Source: Gemmatimonadaceae bacterium
GTDB taxonomy: Bacteria > Gemmatimonadota > Gemmatimonadetes > Gemmatimonadales > Gemmatimonadaceae
Reading direction: 5' to 3'
DNA length: 64,000 nucleotides
Assembly: GCA_033763905.1 (NCBI GenBank)
Contig: JANRJP010000102.1
Location: 32,001-96,000 of the forward strand
Position 1 is the stretch's first letter; each line of letters begins with the position of its first letter. The translations under genes and the position numbers were made by a program. The notes under the pieces are model-generated. The model made no database searches. It had not been told where the DNA came from and was given only the letters and a program-made list of their open reading frames with translations. Below are positions 10,569 to 19,660 of this stretch, one piece after another.

Positions 10569-13500
10569 CTGCCCCTGCCGAACTGAAGTTCCGCCCGTTG
10601 CCCGCCGAGCAGTCGGCGCGCGAGCTCGAAGAATCCCTCCTGGTGAAGTGGAAGGAGGAACGACTCGTCGAGCGCGCGCTCGCCGACAAGCCGGGCGCAC
10701 CGTCATTCGTGTTCTACGACGGCCCGCCGACGGCCAACGGCAAGCCGGGCATTCACCACGTGTTCGCCCGCACCACCAAGGACCTGTTCGCGCGGCATCG
10801 CGCGATGCACGGCTATTGGGTGCCGCGCAAGGCGGGCTGGGACACGCACGGGCTTCCGGTCGAGATCGAAGTCGAGAAGCGCCTCGGCATCAAGGGCAAG
10901 CAGGAGATCGAAGCGCTCGGCGTCGAGAAGTTCAACGCGCTCTGCCGCGAGAGCGTGTGGACCTACAAGGGCGAGTGGGAGCGGCTCGTGGAGCGCATCG
11001 CCCATTGGCTCGACTATTCGGATCCGTACATCACGTACTCGAAGGAGTACGTCGAAAGCGAATGGTGGGCGCTCAAGACGCTGCACCAGAAGGGGCTGCT
11101 CACGCGCGGGCACAAGATTCTGCCGTACTGCCCGCGCTGCGGCACCGCGCTGTCGAGCCACGAAGTCGCGCAGGGTTACGAGGACGTCGAGGATCCCAGC
11201 GTCTACATCGCGCTCGATCTCGTCGACGATGCGCCGGTGTCGCCGGTGCGCGCGTCGGTCGACGGGCCCGGCGCGCAGGCCGCGGAGCGCGCCGATCTGG
11301 CGCCGGCTCCAGCGAATGGCCGTCGCCGACTGATCGTCTGGACGACCACGCCGTGGACGCTCGTGTCCAACGTGGCGCTGGCGGTGAACCCCGAGCTCAC
11401 CTACGCCGAACTGCGCAAGAAGAGGGGCAGTGACTTCACGGTGATTCTGGCGGAGCCGCGCGTACCCGGCGTGCTTGGCGCCGACTGGGCCGATCGATGG
11501 GACGTCGTCGGCACGATGACCGGTGCGCAGCTGGCCGGTCGCAAGTATCGGCGACCGCTCGACTGGCTGCCGTATCCGGACATCGGCGCGTCGGAAGTCA
11601 TCGTGGCCGAGAGCTTCGTGTCGGCGGACGACGGCTCGGGCATCGTGCATATGGCGCCCGCCTTCGGTGCCGACGACTACGCGGCGGGGCAGCGGCACGG
11701 CCTGGCCTTCCTGCAGCCCGTGAATGCGCGCGGCGAGTTCCCGAACGACCTGCCGCTCGTGGGCGGGCAGTTCGTCAAGCACGCCGATGCCGCGATCATC
11801 GAGGAGCTCGAGCGGCGCGATGTTCTGTGGAAGGCGTCGCGCTTCGTGCACGCGTATCCGCATTGCTGGCGCTGCCGCACGCCGCTGCTCTACTACGCCC
11901 GCTCGTCGTGGTTCGTGAAGACCACGGCCGTGAAGGACCGGATGCTCGCGCGCAACGCGCAGGTGGATTGGCATCCGCCGGAAACCGGCGCGGGTCGATT
12001 TGGCGAGTGGCTCACGAACAACGTCGATTGGGCCATTTCCCGGGATCGTTTCTGGGGCACGCCGCTCCCGGTGTGGGTAAATGACGAGAATCCCGATGAG
12101 CTCGAGGTCATCGGCTCGTACGAGGAACTCTTCGCGCGGGTCGGCACGCCGATGCCCGCGGATTTCGACCCGCACAAGCCGGGTGTCGATCAGTACACCT
12201 GGCCGTCGCCGACCGGGAAGGGCACGATGCGCCGCGTGCCGGAAGTGATCGACACGTGGTTCGATTCGGGCTCGATGCCGTTCGCCCAGCATCACTATCC
12301 GTTCGAGAATCGCGAGGCGGTCGAGCGGCAGTTCCCGGCCGACTTCATCGCGGAAGGCGTCGACCAGACGCGCGGGTGGTTCTACTCGCTGCTGGCGATC
12401 GCGACCGGTCTCGGCGACGCGCTGCCGAACAACGGCGGCGACAAGGCCTCACCGTATCGCGCGGTGGTCGTGAACGACCTCGTGCTCGATGCGCAGGGTC
12501 GCAAGATGTCCAAGAGCCGCGGCAACGTCGTGGATCCGTGGCAGGTCATCAATACGCACGGAGCCGATGCCGTCCGGCTGTTCCTCGTCGCTGCGGGGCA
12601 GGTGTGGAAGCCGCGCGCCTTCGACGAACGCGCGATCCGCGAGACGATCGGCGGCTTCCTGCTGACGTTGCGCAACGTGTATCGGTTCTTCGCCGATCTC
12701 GCGAACTTCGGCTGGGCCCCCTCGGCGGCGGACCCCGCGCCGGCGTCGCGCCCGGTGATCGACCGCTGGATGCTGAGCCGACTTGCGGCCGTCGAAGCCG
12801 ATGTCGATCAGTCCCTGCAGGACTTCGACGCCACCAACGCCGCGCAGTTGCTGATTACCTTCGTCGTCGAAGACGTCTCGAAGTGGTACGTGCGGCTCAC
12901 GCGGGACCGGTTCTACGCCACCGATACCGACGACGCGCGCGCGGCGTTTGCCACGCTGCACGAGACACTGGTGGTGACCTGCCGCTTGCTCGCGCCGTTT
13001 GCGCCGTTCCTGAGCGATTGGCTGCACCGCGAACTCACGGGTGACACGGTGCACTTGGCACGGTACACGCGCGCGGACGTGCCGCGGGACGTGACGCTCG
13101 AGCTCGCGATGGAAGAGGCGCGGACGCTCGTGCGGCTCGGCCGTGCCGCGCGCGAGACCGTGGGCATTGGCGTGCGCCAGCCGTTGGGCCGGATGGTCTG
13201 CGTCGCGCCCGCGTTGCCGCATCACCTCGAGGACGCGCTCCTGCCGTATGTGGCGCAGGAGCTCAACATCAAGCGGGTCGAGACGGCCCGATCGGCCGAC
13301 GCCCTGGTGACGCTCGAAGCCAAGGGCAACTTCCGCACGCTGGGCAAGAAGTTCGGCAAGGCCACGCCCGACGCGGCGGCCCAGATCGCGGCGCTGTCGT
13401 CGGATCAGCTCCGGGCGTTCGAACGGGGCGAGGTCCTCGAACTCACCGCCGGCGGGGCGACCGTCGCGTTGGCCGCCGAGGACGTGCTGATCCAGCGCCG

Positions 13501-13846
13501 AGCCACGGGGGCGTTCGTCGTGCAGGAGGACGGCGGACGCTTTGCCGCGATCGACCCCGAGGTCACCGACGCCCTGCGGTCGGAGGGGTACGCCCGCGAG
13601 CTGTTGAGCCGAGTCCAGCGGCTCCGGAAGGAGTCCGGGCTGGCCCTGAGCGACCGGATTCGGCTGGCCGTCCAGGGGGATGCCCCGCTGGCCGACGCCG
13701 CCCGGACGCACGGGGGGTGGATTGCCGCTGAAACCCTTGCAGTTGACTACCTTGTAGGCGAATTGCCGACAGGCCCGGACGTCTTCACCGCGCAGGTGGA
13801 GCTCGACGGCGTCACCGGCGCGATCGCCATCACCCGAACCGCCTGA
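10565..13846 (+). CDS. ileS: Isoleucine-tRNA ligase, type 2
   Basis: [39 protein letters not shown]; long IleRS2-type C-terminus. Confidence 0.97.
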   Translation: MTAPAELKFRPLPAEQSARELEESLLVKWKEERLVERALADKPGAPSFVFYDGPPTANGKPGIHHVFARTTKDLFARHRAMHGYWVPRKAGWDTHGLPVEIEVEKRLGIKGKQEIEALGVEKFNALCRESVWTYKGEWERLVERIAHWLDYSDPYITYSKEYVESEWWALKTLHQKGLLTRGHKILPYCPRCGTALSSHEVAQGYEDVEDPSVYIALDLVDDAPVSPVRASVDGPGAQAAERADLAPAPANGRRRLIVWTTTPWTLVSNVALAVNPELTYAELRKKRGSDFTVILAEPRVPGVLGADWADRWDVVGTMTGAQLAGRKYRRPLDWLPYPDIGASEVIVAESFVSADDGSGIVHMAPAFGADDYAAGQRHGLAFLQPVNARGEFPNDLPLVGGQFVKHADAAIIEELERRDVLWKASRFVHAYPHCWRCRTPLLYYARSSWFVKTTAVKDRMLARNAQVDWHPPETGAGRFGEWLTNNVDWAISRDRFWGTPLPVWVNDENPDELEVIGSYEELFARVGTPMPADFDPHKPGVDQYTWPSPTGKGTMRRVPEVIDTWFDSGSMPFAQHHYPFENREAVERQFPADFIAEGVDQTRGWFYSLLAIATGLGDALPNNGGDKASPYRAVVVNDLVLDAQGRKMSKSRGNVVDPWQVINTHGADAVRLFLVAAGQVWKPRAFDERAIRETIGGFLLTLRNVYRFFADLANFGWAPSAADPAPASRPVIDRWMLSRLAAVEADVDQSLQDFDATNAAQLLITFVVEDVSKWYVRLTRDRFYATDTDDARAAFATLHETLVVTCRLLAPFAPFLSDWLHRELTGDTVHLARYTRADVPRDVTLELAMEEARTLVRLGRAARETVGIGVRQPLGRMVCVAPALPHHLEDALLPYVAQELNIKRVETARSADALVTLEAKGNFRTLGKKFGKATPDAAAQIAALSSDQLRAFERGEVLELTAGGATVALAAEDVLIQRRATGAFVVQEDGGRFAAIDPEVTDALRSEGYARELLSRVQRLRKESGLALSDRIRLAVQGDAPLADAARTHGGWIAAETLAVDYLVGELPTGPDVFTAQVELDGVTGAIAITRTA

Positions 13847-13849
13847 CCA

Positions 13850-14272
13850 ATGGCCACCAAGGGCAGCACGAAGTCCGCCGCCAAGGCGCCGCCGAATCCC
13901 GGGACGAAGAAGTTCATCGAGCACTTCGCGAAGCGATTGCACGATGAGCGGAAGCGGGTGCTCAAGGATCTCGGCTTCCAGGAAGCCAACTTCGACGGTG
14001 GTGACGGCGAAGGCTCGGCCTATTCGTTCCATATGGCCGATCAGGGCACGGACGCGATGGAGCGTGAGAAGTCCTTCCTGTTCGCGTCGAAGGAAGGGCG
14101 GTATCTGTGGCACATCGATCAGGCGTTGCGCCGGTTGTACAAGTCGCCCGACACGTTCGGGAAGTGCCACTCGTGCGGCAACGACATTCCGTTCGATCGC
14201 CTCGACGCGCTGCCGAACGCGCGGTATTGCATCAATTGCAAGCAGCTCGAGGAGCGTGAGAAGGCCAAGTAG
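13850..14272 (+). CDS. TraR/DksA C4-type zinc finger protein
   Basis: HMADQGTDAMERE coiled-coil tip; CHSC...CINC zinc finger. Confidence 0.9.
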   Translation: MATKGSTKSAAKAPPNPGTKKFIEHFAKRLHDERKRVLKDLGFQEANFDGGDGEGSAYSFHMADQGTDAMEREKSFLFASKEGRYLWHIDQALRRLYKSPDTFGKCHSCGNDIPFDRLDALPNARYCINCKQLEEREKAK

Positions 14273-14768
14273 GGTCTTCTGGGGCACTGCCGCCCTGATC
14301 GTGCTCGCGGATCAAGGCACGAAGTGGTGGGCGGTGCGCACGCTCAGCGACGGCCCGGGGCCGATCGAAGTGATTGGCGCCTGGGCACGGCTCGCGCTGG
14401 TGTACAACCCCGGCGCGGCGTTCGGGCTGTCGATCGGGTCGTGGTCCCGTGAGGTCTTCACCGGGCTGACCCTCGTGGCGCTCGCCCTGCTGTGGCAGCT
14501 GTATCGCACGGCGTCGCCGGCGGAGCGGGGGCGGGTGTGGGCCTCGGCGTTTGTGGCGGGAGGTGCGGTCGGCAACCTCGTCGATCGGGTGCGCTCGCCG
14601 CGCGGGGTCGTGGACTTTCTGGATCTGGGGATTGGAGATGCGCGCTGGCCGACGTTCAACGTCGCGGATGTGGCCGTGAGCTGCGGCGCCTTGGCTTTGG
14701 CGTGGGTGCTGCGCGATGCCGACGACGCCGCAACGTCGGCGGCGACGATGCCGGAGGAGCGCGCGTGA
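14256..14768 (+). CDS. lspA: Lipoprotein signal peptidase II, copy 1 (start approximate)
   Basis: DQGTK, NPGAAFG, GNLVDR, VVDFLD, FNVAD. Confidence 0.9.
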   Translation: MRRPSRVFWGTAALIVLADQGTKWWAVRTLSDGPGPIEVIGAWARLALVYNPGAAFGLSIGSWSREVFTGLTLVALALLWQLYRTASPAERGRVWASAFVAGGAVGNLVDRVRSPRGVVDFLDLGIGDARWPTFNVADVAVSCGALALAWVLRDADDAATSAATMPEERA

Positions 14769-15280
14769 ATACCCGCCCGCACCTGTTGCCGGCCTCGCTC
14801 TGTGTCGGCGCGATCGCGTTGGACGTGGTCACGAAGCGCTGGGCCGTCGACGCCCTCTCGCCGATGCACGTACCGCACGAGGTGCTGGGGTCGTTCCTGC
14901 GCTTCACGCTGGCGTTCAATCGCGGCGCCGCGTTCGGGATGCACCTCGGCGACTGGTCGCGGCTCTTCTTCGGTACGGTGGCGGTCGTGATCGTCGGCGT
15001 GCTGTTCTCGATGTACCGAGACGCCCCGGCGACGGAGCGTCTGCGTCGCGTGGCGCTCGCGCTCATCGCCGGCGGGGCGATCGGCAACCTCATCGATCGG
15101 CTTCGCTGGGACGGCGGCGTCGTCGACTTCATCGACATCGGCACGGCGACGTGGCGCTTCTGGACGTTCAACGTCGCCGACAGCGCGGTGACCGTCGGGA
15201 CGATTCTGTTGCTGTGGGTGATGCGCAACGACGCCCCGGCACCGACGACTCCGGCAGCCGGCGCGGCGCCGGGCACGTGA
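14765..15280 (+). CDS. lspA: Lipoprotein signal peptidase II, copy 2
   Basis: DVVTK, NRGAAFG, GNLIDR, VVDFID, FNVAD; GGAGGAG RBS. Confidence 0.92.
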   Translation: MNTRPHLLPASLCVGAIALDVVTKRWAVDALSPMHVPHEVLGSFLRFTLAFNRGAAFGMHLGDWSRLFFGTVAVVIVGVLFSMYRDAPATERLRRVALALIAGGAIGNLIDRLRWDGGVVDFIDIGTATWRFWTFNVADSAVTVGTILLLWVMRNDAPAPTTPAAGAAPGT

Positions 15281-16284
15281 GTCTCGACGCGCCGCCGCCG
15301 GGTCGCCACGAGTTCGCGGCGCCCGCCGAGGCGACGCGACTCGATCTGGCCGTCGCGGCACAGCTCGGCGTGTCGCGGACGCGCGCCGCCACCCTTATCG
15401 CCGAGGGGCGCGTCACGGTGAATGGCGCCCGTGAAAAGGCGAGTGTGCGGCCGGACGCCGGGGCGCGGATCGTGGTGGACGTCCCGCCGCCGGCGGGCCG
15501 ACCCGTGGTGCCCGAGCAGATCCCGCTCGACGTGGTCTATGAGGACGACGACCTGCTGGTCGTGAACAAGGCGGCCGGAATGGTCGTGCATCCCGCGCCG
15601 GGCAACTGGACCGGGACGCTGGTGAACGCCCTGATGGGTCGGCCTGGGACATTGGAGGACGACGCCGACACCCCGCCGGAGGCCGCCCGGGCCGGGCTGG
15701 TCCACCGGCTCGACAAGGAGACTTCCGGGCTCCTCCTGGTGGCCAAGTCGGAGGGCACCCACCGCGCCCTCGCGCAGGATCTGGCGGCCCGGAAGATCGT
15801 TCGCCGGTACGCCGCGATGTCCTGGGGTCACGTGGACGGCGACCGTATCACGGTGAAGGCCCCCATTGGCCGGGACCCTCGTGACCGGAAGCGGATGGCG
15901 GTCGTTTCCGGGGGGAGGGAGGCGCACACCGACTTCGTGCGGATCGGGCGTCTCCCGCACACGGACCTGCTGCGCGCGCACCTGCACACGGGGCGGACGC
16001 ATCAGATCCGGGTGCATTTGGCATCGGTGGGGCATCCGGTGGTCGGGGACGACACCTACGGTGGCGGCGGCGGGCGGAAGCTCGTGGCACTGCCCCCGGG
16101 GCGGCACTTCCTGCACGCCGCGTGGCTCCGCTTCCGGCACCCGCGGTCGGGGGAGGCCATCGATCTGCGGGCGCCCTTGCCGGCCGATCTGGTGACCTCA
16201 CTCGCTGCGGCCGCCGAGATGCCCAACCTGCTCACCGAGGGCGATCCGCTGTCGTATCTTGGGTTTTACGCTGATGGGGGCTGA
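15277..16284 (+). CDS. rluD: RluA/RluD family pseudouridine synthase with S4 domain
   Basis: NKAAGMVVHP, VHRLDKETSG, TGRTHQIRVH, HPVVGDDTY. Confidence 0.93.
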   Translation: MSLDAPPPGRHEFAAPAEATRLDLAVAAQLGVSRTRAATLIAEGRVTVNGAREKASVRPDAGARIVVDVPPPAGRPVVPEQIPLDVVYEDDDLLVVNKAAGMVVHPAPGNWTGTLVNALMGRPGTLEDDADTPPEAARAGLVHRLDKETSGLLLVAKSEGTHRALAQDLAARKIVRRYAAMSWGHVDGDRITVKAPIGRDPRDRKRMAVVSGGREAHTDFVRIGRLPHTDLLRAHLHTGRTHQIRVHLASVGHPVVGDDTYGGGGGRKLVALPPGRHFLHAAWLRFRHPRSGEAIDLRAPLPADLVTSLAAAAEMPNLLTEGDPLSYLGFYADGG

Positions 16285-16741
16285 CGTGGTCCCGGCGACG
16301 CAGGCCCGCTTGCTGCTCTTCGAGGTGCGGGGGCGTCGCTATGCCTGCGATCTGGCGTCGGTGCGCGAGATCGTGCCGTTCGGTGTGGTCACGCGGCTCC
16401 CGGGCGCTCCGGCGGCGGTGGTGGGCGTGAGCAACGTGCGCGGTCTCGTGGTAACGGTGGTCGATCTGGGCATTCGGCTCGCCGACGGCCCGGTGGATCG
16501 TGCGGAAGGGGCGGTCTTGTTGCTGGAGTACGGCGGCAAGGTGCTCGGCGCGGGGGTGGATGGGCTGCAGGATGTACTCGTGCCGGAGGATGGCATTCAG
16601 CCGCCGCCGGCCGACAGCGGGACCGGCGATACGTCCGGGTTGTTGTGTGGGCTGGTGCAGACGAATGGCGGCGTGGCGGTCGTGCTCGACCCCGCGGCGC
16701 TCGTGAAGGAAACCCTAGTCGGGACGGGAGGCGACACGTGA
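16274..16741 (+). CDS. cheW: Chemotaxis coupling protein CheW
   Basis: VREIV...TRLPGAPAAVVGVSNVRGLVVTVVDL. Confidence 0.9.
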   Translation: MGADVVPATQARLLLFEVRGRRYACDLASVREIVPFGVVTRLPGAPAAVVGVSNVRGLVVTVVDLGIRLADGPVDRAEGAVLLLEYGGKVLGAGVDGLQDVLVPEDGIQPPPADSGTGDTSGLLCGLVQTNGGVAVVLDPAALVKETLVGTGGDT

Positions 16742-17100
16742 GCCAAACGGTGCTCATCTGTGACGACGCGATCTTCATGCGGACGATGTTGGCCGACATT
16801 CTCACGAATGCCGGATTCGAAGTCGTCGGCGAAGCCGAGAGCGGCGTGCAGGCGGTGGAGATGTATCGACGGCTGCGGCCGGACCTGGTGACGATGGACA
16901 TCGTGATGCCGGATATGGGCGGCATCGACGCCGTCCGCGAGATCACGAAGTTCGATCCCGCCGCGAAGTGTCTGATGTGCTCGGCGATGGGCCAGCAGGC
17001 GCTGGTCGTCGAGGCGATTCAGGCCGGCGCGAAGGACTTCGTCGTCAAGCCGTTCCAGCCGAGTCGGGTGCTCGAAGCCGTCCAGCGCGTGCTGGGCTGA
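16738..17100 (+). CDS. cheY: CheY response regulator (Bacillus/Thermotoga/DifD-like)
   Basis: DDAIFMR, TMDIVMP, CSAMGQQ, DFVVKPF. Confidence 0.93.
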   Translation: MSQTVLICDDAIFMRTMLADILTNAGFEVVGEAESGVQAVEMYRRLRPDLVTMDIVMPDMGGIDAVREITKFDPAAKCLMCSAMGQQALVVEAIQAGAKDFVVKPFQPSRVLEAVQRVLG

Positions 17101-17119
17101 CCCTCCGGAGCGTCCCAGC

Positions 17120-19024
17120 GTGGATCCCGCCAAGTACGCCGAACTCTTCCTCACGGAGAGTCGTGAGCAGCTCGTGCAGATCAACGAGCAGTTGCTCGCG
17201 CTGGAGCGTGCGCCGGAGGACACGTCGCCGGTGGCCGCCCTGTTTCGCGCGGTGCACTCGCTCAAGGGGATGTCGGCGACGATGGGCTTCAGTGCCGTCG
17301 CCTCGCTCGCGCACGAGTTGGAGACGCTGATGGACGGCGTACGGGCCGGCCAGGTGGCGGTGGAGCCCGTGGTGTCGTTGCTGTTCGAGGCGGCGGACGG
17401 GCTGGAGCGGGCCGTCGGCGCCGCCGTCGCGGGACGCGACGAGTTTCCCGACCGTGACGATCTGCTGGGTCGACTGCGGGCCGCCGCGCAGGGCACAACA
17501 TCCGCGCCGGTCGCGTCGACCCCGGCGGCGGTCGCGCCGATGCGCCGCACCCCGGTGCGGTCGTCGGGCTCGGTGCCAATCACCCCCGGCGACGGGCGCA
17601 CGATCAAGGTCACGCTCGAGGCCGACACCCCGTTGCGCGGCGTGCGGGCCTTCCTCGTCGTCCAGCGCGCTCGGGCACTCGGGGAGATCACTGCGGTATG
17701 GCCGCCGGTCGAGGCCCTGCAGGCCGAACAGTTCGACCGCGAGTTTTCGCTCAAGCTGATCACCGGCGCTGCGCCCGACGCGATCGCAGCGGATCTGGCC
17801 AAGGCGGGGTACGTCGAGCGCGTGCTGGTGGATGTCGCGCCGGCGCCAGCGGCCAAGTCCGCGCCCGCGGCTGCAGCACCGGCCCCAACCGTGCGCTCGG
17901 TGCGCGTCGACACCCGTCGCCTCGACGCGTTGCTCAACCTCGTGGGCGAGCTGGTGATTGCGCGCGACCGCCTGACGCGCGTGGCCGCGCAGCGGCAGGA
18001 TGCTGAACTGTCCGATGTGGTCGCGCAGACGGAACGCCTGATCGGCAACCTGCACGACGAGATTCTGGCGAGCCGTTTGATTCCCGTCTGGCAGGTCTTC
18101 GATCGCTTCCCGCGCACCGTCCGCGATGCCGCGAAAGCGGTGGGCAAGGAGGTCGAGTTCGTCGTCGAGGGCAAGGAGATCGAACTGGACCGCTCGTTGC
18201 TGGAGGAGTTGGCGGATCCGGTCGTGCACCTCCTGCGCAATGCCGTCGATCACGGGCTGGAGTCCCCGGCGGACCGTCGTGCGGCCGGCAAGCCGGCCAC
18301 CGGACGGTTGGTGCTGAGCGCGTCGCGTGACCGCTCGGCGGTGCTGGTGAAGGTCGAAGATGACGGGCGCGGCATTGACCGTCGTCGCGTCATTGCCCGC
18401 GCCGCGGCGGAAGGCTTGGTCGAGGCCGACCGCACGGCCATCACCGACGACGAACTGGTGAAGCTGATTGCGCGGCCGGGGTTCTCGACGGCCGAGCGGG
18501 TCACCGGTCTGTCGGGGCGCGGCGTCGGCATCGACGCCGTGATCGCGAAAGTGCGCGGCCTTGGCGGTTCGGTCGAGATCCGCTCGGTGGAAGGGCGGGG
18601 CACGACGATCGAACTGCGTCTGCCGGTGACGCTGGCGATCGTCGGCGCGGTCCTCGCGCAGGTGGGCGACGAGCGATATGCCCTGCCGATGACGCACGTG
18701 CAGGAGACGGTGGAGCTCGCCGCGGCCCAGGCCGAGACGCTGCGCGGCCGCGAAGTGATGACGCTGCGCGAAGACGTGCTGCCCTTGGTGCATCTGCGCG
18801 ATGTGGTGCGGATGCCGCGGCGCGACGGCGGCGGCTCGCAGGTGGTGATCGTGGAGCGCGCCGAGCGGCGCGCGGGGTTGGTGGTGGACCGCTTGCTCGG
18901 TCAGCAGGACATCGTCGTCAAGCCACTCGACGCGGTGCGCAATGCCGCGGCGCTGTTCAGCGGAGCGACGATTCTCTCCGATGGCGCGCCGGCGCTGATT
19001 CTCGATGTCAACACGCTCCTCTGA
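17120..19024 (+). CDS. cheA: Chemotaxis histidine kinase CheA (HPT-P2-dimerisation-HATPase-CheW)
   Basis: LFRAVHSLKGMS, LLNLVGELVI, HLLRNAVDHG, PGFSTAERVTGLSGRGVG. Confidence 0.97.
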   Translation: MDPAKYAELFLTESREQLVQINEQLLALERAPEDTSPVAALFRAVHSLKGMSATMGFSAVASLAHELETLMDGVRAGQVAVEPVVSLLFEAADGLERAVGAAVAGRDEFPDRDDLLGRLRAAAQGTTSAPVASTPAAVAPMRRTPVRSSGSVPITPGDGRTIKVTLEADTPLRGVRAFLVVQRARALGEITAVWPPVEALQAEQFDREFSLKLITGAAPDAIAADLAKAGYVERVLVDVAPAPAAKSAPAAAAPAPTVRSVRVDTRRLDALLNLVGELVIARDRLTRVAAQRQDAELSDVVAQTERLIGNLHDEILASRLIPVWQVFDRFPRTVRDAAKAVGKEVEFVVEGKEIELDRSLLEELADPVVHLLRNAVDHGLESPADRRAAGKPATGRLVLSASRDRSAVLVKVEDDGRGIDRRRVIARAAAEGLVEADRTAITDDELVKLIARPGFSTAERVTGLSGRGVGIDAVIAKVRGLGGSVEIRSVEGRGTTIELRLPVTLAIVGAVLAQVGDERYALPMTHVQETVELAAAQAETLRGREVMTLREDVLPLVHLRDVVRMPRRDGGGSQVVIVERAERRAGLVVDRLLGQQDIVVKPLDAVRNAAALFSGATILSDGAPALILDVNTLL

Positions 19025-19031
19025 GGGGTCG

Positions 19032-19655
19032 ATGGACGATACGACGCGATCACTGACTGCCGCCCAACTCGATGCGCTCCGCGAAGTCGCCAACATCGGC
19101 GCGGGGCACGCCGCGACGGCGCTGTCGCAGATGACGGGGCAGACGATCATGATCTCGGTGCCGCGGATCTTCATCGCGCCCCTCGAGGACGTCCCGCCGC
19201 ACGTCAGCGGACCCGAGGAGCCGGTCGCCGCCGTCCTGATGCAGATGCTCGGCGACTTGACGGGACAGACCCTGCTCGTCTTCCCCGAGCCGACCGCGTT
19301 GCGACTGGCCGAGTTGATGCTGCGGCGGCCGCGCGGCAGTTCGCCCGGACTCGGCGAACTCGAGCAGTCGGCCATCAAGGAGGCCGGCAACATCCTGTCA
19401 GGGCAGTATATGAACGCGCTGTCCGACTTTATGGGGATGGTGCTGCTGCCGTCACCGCCCTCGATGGCGATCGATATGTCGGCGGCGGTGCTCGAGAGCA
19501 CCTACCTGCAGTTCGGCAGTGATCGCGATATGGTCGTCTGCGTCGAGAGCGAGTTCATGATGAAGGAGCTGGGGGAAACCCTGCGAGGCTTCTTCCTGCT
19601 GCTCCCGGACGCACCCTCCCTGCAGGTGATGCTCAAGACGCTCAAGTTGGCCTGA
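19032..19655 (+). CDS. cheC: CheY-P phosphatase CheC
   Basis: Two ExxN motifs: DALREVANIGAGHAATALS and SAIKEAGNIL. Confidence 0.93.
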   Translation: MDDTTRSLTAAQLDALREVANIGAGHAATALSQMTGQTIMISVPRIFIAPLEDVPPHVSGPEEPVAAVLMQMLGDLTGQTLLVFPEPTALRLAELMLRRPRGSSPGLGELEQSAIKEAGNILSGQYMNALSDFMGMVLLPSPPSMAIDMSAAVLESTYLQFGSDRDMVVCVESEFMMKELGETLRGFFLLLPDAPSLQVMLKTLKLA

Positions 19656-19660
19656 CCGAC

